64,000 bases of DNA from a virus. The stretch lies in the IMG/VR virus record IMGVR_UViG_3300025545_000003, positions 42,831 through 106,830 of that record. One strand, given 5' to 3'. Under the pieces are notes generated by a model, which was given only the letters and a program-made list of their open reading frames with translations, was not told the origin of the DNA and made no database searches. Shown here piece by piece: positions 27,986 to 34,522 of the stretch (its first letter is position 1; every line of letters starts with the position of its first letter). The translations under genes and the position numbers were made by a program.

Positions 27986-28018
27986 AAATCAGGTGCTCTA
28001 CCGTTGAGCCACGCTAGC
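27986..28018 (-). pseudogene. 5' half of a tRNA (Thr-like) truncated in the anticodon loop
   Basis: GCTAGCGTGGCTCAACGGTAGAGCACCTGATTT abuts the next tRNA. Confidence 0.75.
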
Positions 28019-28022
28019 AAAG

Positions 28023-28094
28023 AGCCGAAGGTCGGAATCGAACCGACAACCTGCCGCTTACGAAACGGCTGCTCTACCATTGAGCTACATCGGC
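28023..28094 (-). tRNA. tRNA-Thr(CGT)
   Basis: GCCGT-TTCGTAA-GCGGC. Confidence 0.92.
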
Positions 28095-28149
28095 AAAGTG
28101 CGACCGGGGGGAGTCGAACCCCCACGCCTCAAAGGCACCGGATTCTAAG

Positions 28150-28229
28150 TGGCTGAGGTGGGAGTCGAACCCACACGCCCTAAGCGCCCGCCTCTAAAAC
28201 GGGTGCGTCTACCGTTCCGCCACTCAGCC
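28150..28229 (-). tRNA. tRNA-Leu(TAG), nested replacement copy
   Basis: GGCTGAG/CTCAGCC; CCCGT-TTTAGAG-GCGGG. Confidence 0.92.
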
Positions 28230-28724
28230 TTTTTCTTGTTTGGTCACGGAGGTCAACCCTTTGCTATTACACCACCCAGGTTGTTGGGAGTGGCAGTTAG
28301 GGCACAGGAATCGTAAGTTTTCAGGGCGGTTGTCTAACCAGTCTCGGTTGATGTGGTCCACCTGTAGCATGAGGGGTTTCCCGACCCACACTCCCTCGAT
28401 CCCACAAGATTCGCACGCATAGGGCCGCCCACTGTCAAGGAGAGCCCTCCGTAAGCGGTACGCTGCGGTACGCCTCCCTGTGTCCTTCTTTGACAGGGTA
28501 GTTAGCCACGGAGTCTTTCCCGGGCCTCCCTTATGGGCTGTTCCCTTGTTGGATCCTTGACCGTGGAAATGGACTGTGTCGAGTCCGTATTCCCGTACCT
28601 TACGGGTGATGTGCGTTTGTGTCCCGCCCGCCTGTTTCACCCCCAAATCTCGAAGCACGCCCGCCATGGAAGTGTTCTGTTGAACAAGTGGGGCTAGGAT
28701 CTCTTTTGTGTAACGTCGTCCCAT
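28224..28724 (-). CDS. HNH homing endonuclease
   Basis: CESCG...LQVDHIN...DNRPENLRFLCPNCHS. Confidence 0.92.
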   Translation of the reverse strand: MGRRYTKEILAPLVQQNTSMAGVLRDLGVKQAGGTQTHITRKVREYGLDTVHFHGQGSNKGTAHKGGPGKTPWLTTLSKKDTGRRTAAYRLRRALLDSGRPYACESCGIEGVWVGKPLMLQVDHINRDWLDNRPENLRFLCPNCHSQQPGWCNSKGLTSVTKQEKG

Positions 28725-28791
28725 ACACAGCTTACGGTATAGGCTAGCAACCGGAACCGGCGTGTCTACCGTTTCACCACGGTCGCAAAGG

Positions 28792-29635
28792 ATGACCACC
28801 CGTAGCCGGGATCCTGTTTTATGGACACATTCATCTAGTGGCCCCTACCCGTCCGCATAGCGCTGCTCACCCGCTCTTGGCCCAACCCCGATGCCGAGAG
28901 CGTTGCCCTGAAAAGAGCTTCTGCATTCCTTGGCGTGTAAGGCCGTGACGTTGGCAGAACAGATTGAGGGACGGGGTCACTTCGTGTTCAGCCCCGTCAG
29001 GAGAACGGACTTTGGGGTAGGGCTGCTTCTTCTTAGTGCGGCTGATCGCCGCCTTTTCCGCTTCCGTTGGGGAAGCCTTCCGACCACCCGATCCCACAGC
29101 GTTCTTATTGCCCCGCTGCAAAAGTGACAGGGCTTGCTTCGTTTCTTCTGTATGCTTGTAACCCAGGCTGTTGCCTGCTTCTGGGAGGATGTTGTACTTC
29201 TTGGCTTTCGGGGTCTTGTCCAACCACTCCTGTTCCTTCTCCAAGAGCTTGTCGTGGGCCGCCTGAACAAGCACAAAGAAGCAAATGTCCTCTTCACCCC
29301 TCTTGGCAAAGGCTCGTTGTAAGGGGGTGTTATGGTGGGTGCCTTTTCGAAGAAGCCTCCCATGTGCTGAGAACCTCTTGTAGAGATCCACTGCGGACCC
29401 GATGTAGAGCTTCCCCGAAGCCCTACTTCTGATGGCATAGACACCGCTCTTACCGTGTAGCGCAGAATAAGGGGTACCTTTCATGGAAGGGTCCAATTTC
29501 ATAGGCCAAAGATACCACGTTCCTGTTTGGGTTGCACCCTCGGAAGTGCGAACGGCCTACGGCCTCCTTCCTTCAGCAGTGGTGTCCCGAGCTTCCTCAC
29601 ATCCCTTGCGGGGTAGTGCGTGCCCTCAGTGGTCA
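28792..29635 (-). ncRNA. rnpB: Minimal RNase P RNA (~210 nt) interrupted by a GIY-YIG ORF
   Basis: GAGGAAGCTCGGGA (CR-I) pairs with ACAGGATCCCGGCTA (CR-V) as P4 with bulged U; P1 TGACCAC/GTGGTCA; P2 GGGCACG/TGTGTCC; AGATGAATG; GGGTAGG L15. Confidence 0.85.
28867..29502 (-). CDS. GIY-YIG homing endonuclease with NUMOD3-like motif (start may be 29484)
   Basis: SGVYAI...LYIGSA...R...E...YN; SLGYKHTEETK. Confidence 0.92.
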   Translation of the reverse strand: MKLDPSMKGTPYSALHGKSGVYAIRSRASGKLYIGSAVDLYKRFSAHGRLLRKGTHHNTPLQRAFAKRGEEDICFFVLVQAAHDKLLEKEQEWLDKTPKAKKYNILPEAGNSLGYKHTEETKQALSLLQRGNKNAVGSGGRKASPTEAEKAAISRTKKKQPYPKVRSPDGAEHEVTPSLNLFCQRHGLTRQGMQKLFSGQRSRHRGWAKSG

Positions 29636-29720
29636 TGGTGCCAGAGGGGGGACTCGAACCCCCACGCCTCAAGGACAGACGGTTTTGAACCGACCGCGTC
29701 TACCATTCCGCCACTCTGGC
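29636..29720 (-). tRNA. tRNA-Leu(CAA)
   Basis: GTCGG-TTCAAAA-CCGTC; ACCA end. Confidence 0.92.
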
Positions 29721-29728
29721 AAGTAAGT

Positions 29729-29817
29729 TGGTGGAGGAGGTGGGATTCGAACCCACTCACCGCAACGCGGACCAGATTTACAGTCTGGCGTGACTCTCCA
29801 ACTTCAACCGCTCCTCC
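29729..29817 (-). tRNA. tRNA-Tyr(GTA)
   Basis: CCAGA-CTGTAAA-TCTGG; ACCA end; atypical D arm. Confidence 0.88.
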
Positions 29818-29821
29818 AAAG

Positions 29822-29893
29822 TGGAAAGGGGTGGAATCGAACCACCGACACGGGGATTTTCAGTCCCCTGCTCTACCTCTGAGCTACCCCTCC
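29822..29893 (-). tRNA. tRNA-Phe(GAA)
   Basis: GGGGA-CTGAAAA-TCCCC. Confidence 0.93.
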
Positions 29894-30294
29894 ATGCGTT
29901 TCCAGTCCCCGAACTCCTCCTTGCCGCCCCTGCACCCCCAGTCCGAGTCGATGACCAGGCGGGACGAGATCCCGCCACGGGGCCGGAGGTCCGCTACGAG
30001 GCGCAACCGGGCCGGTTCATAGACCGCCACGAGATCCTCGTAGATGACGTTGATGAGGCGTTCGTAGGAGATCACCTTGGACCTGAAGGCCACCACGTAC
30101 TCCTTGAGTGCCTTCAGTTCGATGATCCAGTCCGCCGGGTAGAAGACCAACGTCAGGTGACCGAAGTCCGGTTGCTGTTTGACGCCCATGAACGTCAACT
30201 CCGGGATCTCCATCCTGATCTCGTACCCGTCTGGGTCGGGGTTCGGCAGCCTCTTCAGCTTGTCCTTCTCCGACCACTTGTCATGCTTGCCCAT
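29884..30294 (-). CDS. QueF-like T-fold protein lacking the catalytic Cys
   Basis: PELT...QPDF...ELKALK-x-Y...FR...SYE...PRGGI; no Cys at the EFTSLCP position. Confidence 0.85.
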   Translation of the reverse strand: MGKHDKWSEKDKLKRLPNPDPDGYEIRMEIPELTFMGVKQQPDFGHLTLVFYPADWIIELKALKEYVVAFRSKVISYERLINVIYEDLVAVYEPARLRLVADLRPRGGISSRLVIDSDWGCRGGKEEFGDWKRMEG

Positions 30295-30333
30295 GTCGTT
30301 CCCCCTTGTTGTCCGGGGAACTATACCGATCAG

Positions 30334-30407
30334 TGCCAAGGGGCGGGATCGAACCGCCGACACCCCGGATTTCACCCGAGTGCTCTACCTACCTGAGCTA
30401 CCTTGGC
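30334..30407 (-). tRNA. tRNA-Phe(GAA), second copy
   Basis: CTCGG-GTGAAAT-CCGGG. Confidence 0.88.
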
Positions 30408-30411
30408 AGAA

Positions 30412-30485
30412 GGCAGAGGTAGTGGGAATCGAACCCACCCGACGGTCGGTTTTGGAGACCAACCCGCTTACCCAGAGCCACCTCT
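30412..30485 (-). tRNA. tRNA-Trp(CCA)
   Basis: TTGGT-CTCCAAA-ACCGA; G73; short D arm. Confidence 0.85.
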
Positions 30486-30519
30486 ACAAGAATGTGCGGG
30501 GAATCGAACCGGGGCTTTG

Positions 30520-30975
30520 CTAGCGAATGAACTTGAGGGCTTGGGCGTTGACCATCTTCAGGATGTCACGGGGGGACATGGAGGCGAAGGAGGTCATCGA
30601 CATGGAGTGCGTGCTGGTTTCCTCGTCCTCGATCCCCTTTTCCTCTACATAGACGAACACCCACCACTGTACCTGGTTGCGTTGGAAGTCGGGGGTGAAG
30701 TACGCGATGACGTGGTCCTCACCCGGAGTCGAGGACTGGCTGGGGGAGGGGAGATTCGGGAAAGCGATCTCCACAGTCATCCCCTTCCTGTAAATCTCGC
30801 CCACATGGTCGGCCTGCGTGGCCTTGCCGACCTTCTTCATCCACTGGAAGAATGCCTTGTGGAACAGACCGATAAGGTCACCCGTTGCCGCCTCTTTCCG
30901 CAGAAGGGGCAGGATGTGCTTGCGGGTTTCAGGTACTTCATGGGCCAGTCTGACCAGTTCGCTTTTAAGATCCAT
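30520..30975 (-). CDS. Hypothetical, possibly virion-internal protein
   Basis: AGGAGG RBS; N-terminus LKSELVRLAHEVPETRKHILPLLRKEA. Confidence 0.65.
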   Translation of the reverse strand: MDLKSELVRLAHEVPETRKHILPLLRKEAATGDLIGLFHKAFFQWMKKVGKATQADHVGEIYRKGMTVEIAFPNLPSPSQSSTPGEDHVIAYFTPDFQRNQVQWWVFVYVEEKGIEDEETSTHSMSMTSFASMSPRDILKMVNAQALKFIR

Positions 30976-31017
30976 GGGGTCCTCCTGTGTCCCTAATGGA
31001 ACCTTATAGCCCAAGTA

Positions 31018-31102
31018 GGTGCCAGAGGGGGGACTCGAACCCCCACGCCTCAAGGATATCCGGGCTTAAACCGGATGCGGCTACCAGTTACGCCATCCCG
31101 GC
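31018..31102 (-). tRNA. tRNA-Leu(TAA)
   Basis: TCCGG-TTTAAGC-CCGGA; 3' half identical to that of Leu(CAA). Confidence 0.85.
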
Positions 31103-31111
31103 GTATGAAAG

Positions 31112-31197
31112 TGGATGATCAAGGAATCGAACCTTGCTGCCGCGTCAGCGGACCGGGGTTACAGCCCAGCGCAAGCACCAGCTTGACCGTATCATCC
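31112..31197 (-). tRNA. tRNA-Tyr(GTA) with atypical D arm
   Basis: GGATGAT/ATCATCC-A; CTGGG-CTGTAAC-CCCGG; D arm CAAGC-TGGT-GCTTG. Confidence 0.8.
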
Positions 31198-31200
31198 AGA

Positions 31201-31289
31201 GGCGGAGGGAGAGGGAGTCGAACCCTCAAGGCCGATTAAGGCTCGTCCGGTTAGCAACCGGGTGCAGTCACCGATCTGCTTGCCCCTCC
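31201..31289 (-). tRNA. tRNA-Ser(GCT)
   Basis: CCCGG-TTGCTAA-CCGGA. Confidence 0.92.
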
Positions 31290-31301
31290 GTGAATTGGAC
31301 C

Positions 31302-31410
31302 GGGTCGCTCTTATCGTCTTCCTGGGGCGTTGCCACCCCGCAGACGTTTATCCACGACCAACCGCTGTACAAGCGGCTGCGCTATCCCCCGAGGGGGAGC
31401 CCAACGACCC
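31302..31410 (-). ncRNA. Unidentified four-arm structured RNA (~110 nt)
   Basis: GGGTCGTT/AGCGACCC closing helix with three internal hairpins, one GNRA-capped. Confidence 0.55.
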
Positions 31411-31414
31411 AAAG

Positions 31415-31497
31415 TGCTGCTGAAAGGAGTCGAACCTTCACGCCCCGAAGGACACTTGGACCTGAACCAAGCGCGTCTACCATTCCGCCACAGCAGC
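31415..31497 (-). tRNA. tRNA-Leu(CAG)
   Basis: CTTGG-TTCAGGT-CCAAG. Confidence 0.93.
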
Positions 31498-31551
31498 AAA
31501 GAACGGTGCTGGAAGCTGGGCAACTCCCAGCACCGAAGACCTACTATTCAA

Positions 31552-31590
31552 TTGTCAAAGACCCTCTGGCCGCCGCCCTGTGGCAGAGGC
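31552..31590 (-). promoter_or_regulatory. boxB-like hairpin plus boxA-like GTCTTTGACAA
   Basis: Resembles rrn-leader Nus antitermination signals; lies between the terminator and the first tRNA. Confidence 0.6.
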
Positions 31591-31599
31591 CCTAAACGC

Positions 31600-31633
31600 A
31601 AAAAGCCCGCTCCGGGTGTGTCCGGGCGGGCTT
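31600..31633 (-). terminator. Attenuator (intrinsic terminator) of the tRNA operon leader
   Basis: AAGCCCGC-CCGG-loop-CCGG-A-GCGGGC-TTTTT. Confidence 0.85.
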
Positions 31634-31655
31634 CCAAGGTCAGCAGATGTTGTGC

Positions 31656-31754
31656 TTACCCCGTTACACCCTCCGGCGCACTCGTGGACAGATACGACCA
31701 GCCGGTAAGGCTGACGTGCGTCCGCAAGCTGAAGGTTGTAAATAAGGTCTGCAT
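31656..31754 (-). CDS. Leader peptide MQTLFTTFSLRTHVSLTGWSYLSTSAPEGVTG
   Basis: AGGAGAG RBS, 32 codons, stop 22 nt before the terminator; too short for the ORF track. Confidence 0.8.
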   Translation of the reverse strand: MQTLFTTFSLRTHVSLTGWSYLSTSAPEGVTG

Positions 31755-31778
31755 CTCGGTCTCTCCTGTTCGCCCCTG

Positions 31779-31807
31779 ACGCTAGAGGCCCTTTGGGCTC
31801 CTGTCAA
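31779..31807 (-). promoter_or_regulatory. Sigma70-type promoter TTGACA-N17-TAGCGT; a GGCTTAG motif lies upstream at 31850-31877
   Basis: Consensus -35, 17-bp spacer. Confidence 0.75.
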
Positions 31808-31929
31808 GGCTTTTCTCACGAAGATCCCCACAGGGGGGCTTCACGTCCGTCCACACAGAACAGGAAGGGCCTAAGCCCCTTGCCGGTAGATTCGTTATGA
31901 GGCTACTCCAGTAGGACATGGAGGCCCGC

Positions 31930-32529
31930 ATGAGCAAGCACACGAACCGGGTAGCAGCCCGGTATATTAAGAGAGCCGCCAGCGAAGACCGCAAACAGTT
32001 CGACATGGGCGTCAAGGCCATCGGGACATCGCTCCTGCGGATGAAGGACGTGGTCTTCCTCTGGACAGGGAGGGGAACACCCCCTCCGGGACACGGGGCA
32101 GAGGGCTACGAGTCCCTGGCTGACGTGTACGGCCCTGTGCAGCATGTCGTGAACAAGATCGAGGACCTTGAGAAAGCCTACATCAGCCTCAAGCGTGTTC
32201 GTGTGGCCTCCAAGCGGATGGACCCCAAGTTCAAGCGGGCCGTCATTCCGTTGTTCAAGCGGGCAGGCCTGGATGGCAACGGGCGGTTCAGGAAGCCCCA
32301 ACACGGGTACTCCAAGGCGTTGGACATCCTCGCCAAGTTCGAGATCGAACTGGACGACGTCGTGTCGTCCCACCTGTTCAACGGGGACAGCGGGACGATC
32401 CGGGCGGACCTGGCCTATTCGAACTCAGAGGACCCGTTCTCCCCTGAGTCGATTTCCAACTCGGTGCTGGTCATTTCGTTCACTAAGATGGCCAAGGACA
32501 GCTATGAGGTGCTGGCGTATCTGTCATGA
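31930..32529 (+). CDS. Hypothetical, possibly virion protein
   Basis: GGAGG RBS; N-terminal RVAARY motif. Confidence 0.65.
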   Translation: MSKHTNRVAARYIKRAASEDRKQFDMGVKAIGTSLLRMKDVVFLWTGRGTPPPGHGAEGYESLADVYGPVQHVVNKIEDLEKAYISLKRVRVASKRMDPKFKRAVIPLFKRAGLDGNGRFRKPQHGYSKALDILAKFEIELDDVVSSHLFNGDSGTIRADLAYSNSEDPFSPESISNSVLVISFTKMAKDSYEVLAYLS

Positions 32530-32714
32530 AACGACTGGCCCCGAGGGTACTGGCCGCTATGAAGCAACACCCGGAGTTCAGAGAGTACAAGAAAGCCCTC
32601 ATGGGTTGCTGTAGGGCACCGCAAGACAAGGTGATGCGCCGACGGCTGGTCGCCTTCAGTCTCCAGAATCCCAAGTTCCAGCCCATCATCACGGGGATCC
32701 TGGTCAATGCCTGA
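32526..32714 (+). CDS. Hypothetical protein
   Basis: ATGA coupling. Confidence 0.5.
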   Translation: MKRLAPRVLAAMKQHPEFREYKKALMGCCRAPQDKVMRRRLVAFSLQNPKFQPIITGILVNA

Positions 32715-32880
32715 GCTTCACCTCTATGACTTCGACGGCACCCTGTTCCGGTCCCCAGAGGAACCGAAGTGGTGGAGCGACGTGTCGAAGAAGAACTGGT
32801 GGACCTCCGCACCCTCCCTCGATGAGCCCTGTGTCCCCCGGCAGCCAAAGTTCAAGTACACGGGCAAGAACAAGCCCTAG
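32707..32880 (+). pseudogene. Truncated HAD-family (RNA-repair HAD_SAK-like) fragment
   Basis: MPELHLYDFDGTLFRSP...WW, stops after 57 aa. Confidence 0.6.
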
Positions 32881-32914
32881 CCCTCATGTCCCACGCTATC
32901 GGGTAGAATGAGGC

Positions 32915-34483
32915 ATGAAGAGCACGCCGAAACATATCAGGCACGGACTCACCGCCCGCAACCCCCTCCTCGAAGGAGCCCTCGCACTGGCCCGTGCGGT
33001 TGCCGTCACCTACGGTCCACATGGGCGTATCGCCTTGTTAGATAGATTCGCAGGGCTTCTCCCCACGAAAGATGGGGTCACAGTGGCGAGGGAGATCCAG
33101 TTGGAAGGCCCGAGGGCTCTCGGGGCGGACATCCTTAAGTACTCCTGCATAGCCCTGAATGATAAGTGCGGGGACGGAACAACCACCGCCGCCATCGTCA
33201 GCGCCGCCCTCCTTCGGGAAGGCCACAAGCGGATCGTGGCCGGGGTGGAACCGAGGACGGTTTGCAACGAGTTGCAAACCGCCTCCGAGAGAGCCATCGA
33301 GGCCATCCGTGAGATGTCCGTCCGGGCCGACAACCAGAAGGACCTGGATCACGTAGCCCGCATCGCCAGCAACGGAGACGATGACGTGGCCCGGTGCCTC
33401 GCTGAAGGTGCCATGGCCGTCGGCAAGGACGGGACGATCTCCATCGAGGACGGCTATGGCACGGAGACCGTGTTGGAGTACAAGGACGGCTTCGAGTGTG
33501 ACGCCCGCCTAGCCTCCCACCACTTCCAAGGCCCAGAGGGTGCCCTCAAGTTGGAAGGTGCCCTCGTGGCGGTGGTCAACCAGCCCATCCACCAGGTGAC
33601 AGACGTGGTCTCCCTGTTGGAGGAAGCCTCCCAGTGGCCCAACAACCCGCTGCTGATCTTCGCCCCCTCGTTCAGCGGGATGGTCAACATGACCATCGGC
33701 ATGAACATCAAGGCGTCGAACGTCACGGCTTACCCGGTGCTGGCTCCGGGCGTCCACGTCCAGAAGGTCGAGTACCTGAAGGACATCGCCGCCATGGCTG
33801 GGGCCGTGTTCATTGACCCGGAGGCGGGCCAGAGCGTTAGGAAGTGGCAGCCGGAGTGGTTCGGCTCCTTGCGCCGTGCGACCGTCGGCATGAAGTCCTC
33901 CCTGTTGGAAGGCTATGATGAGCCGGACAAGCAGGCAGCCCGTGACGCACGCATCCGGGAACTGGAGGGCTTGGAGCGCACTACCACCTCTGAGTTCGAC
34001 CTGGACAGGATCAAGGAGCGCAAGGCCAAGCTCGCCGACGGCTTCGTGATCCTACGGGTGGGCGGCATCACCGAGTCCGCTATGAAGGAACGCCGTGCCC
34101 GTGTGGAAGACGCCTTTGGAGCCGTCAGGGCGGCCCTCAGAGAGGGCCTGGTTCCCGGTGGCGGCACAGTGTACCTCCGGGCCGCCGAAGCGCTCACAGG
34201 GGAAGCACGGGGCACAGGGGGCGACATTCTCCGCAAAGCCCTCCAGGCCCCCGCACTGATGTTAGCTGGTAACGCGGGCCTCGACCCTCACGCTGTCCTG
34301 CACCAGATCGCTGAACACGATTCTCCGTGGGGCGGACTAGACGCCCGCACCGGACAAGTAAGGGACCTGTCACAGGACCCCAAGATAGTAGACCCCACAG
34401 CAGTAGCGGTTGAGGTGGTACGTGCCGCCGTGTCCGTTGCTGTAACTCTGCTGACGGTCGAGTGCTCCGTTGGCAAGGCTTAG
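32915..34483 (+). CDS. groEL: Divergent GroEL-like chaperonin
   Basis: TYGPHGR, TKDGVTVA, GDGTTT, RVGG, VPGGG, IVDP. Confidence 0.93.
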   Translation: MKSTPKHIRHGLTARNPLLEGALALARAVAVTYGPHGRIALLDRFAGLLPTKDGVTVAREIQLEGPRALGADILKYSCIALNDKCGDGTTTAAIVSAALLREGHKRIVAGVEPRTVCNELQTASERAIEAIREMSVRADNQKDLDHVARIASNGDDDVARCLAEGAMAVGKDGTISIEDGYGTETVLEYKDGFECDARLASHHFQGPEGALKLEGALVAVVNQPIHQVTDVVSLLEEASQWPNNPLLIFAPSFSGMVNMTIGMNIKASNVTAYPVLAPGVHVQKVEYLKDIAAMAGAVFIDPEAGQSVRKWQPEWFGSLRRATVGMKSSLLEGYDEPDKQAARDARIRELEGLERTTTSEFDLDRIKERKAKLADGFVILRVGGITESAMKERRARVEDAFGAVRAALREGLVPGGGTVYLRAAEALTGEARGTGGDILRKALQAPALMLAGNAGLDPHAVLHQIAEHDSPWGGLDARTGQVRDLSQDPKIVDPTAVAVEVVRAAVSVAVTLLTVECSVGKA

Positions 34484-34522
34484 CCCAGTGTTTTCACGGG
34501 TTGAAGAAGTAGGAGGTGGGAA

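Larger units (their letters stand above)
28099..28786 (-). pseudogene. Split tRNA-Leu(TAG): 5' half 28757-28786, 3' half 28099-28150
   Basis: Halves join to a full cloverleaf: GCGACCG/CGGTCGC, CCGG|A-CTTAGAA-TCCGG. Confidence 0.88.

Noticed and set aside
28099-28786. Group I intron in tRNA-Leu
   Set aside because: After removing the ORF and nested tRNA only about 30 nt remain, with no P/Q/R/S core.
30491-30520. GGTTCGATTCC T-loop-like fragment
   Set aside because: No acceptor or anticodon arm; at most a tRNA scar.
31553-31558. TTGACA as a -35 box just before the tRNA array
   Set aside because: No -10 at the proper spacing; better explained as part of boxA.
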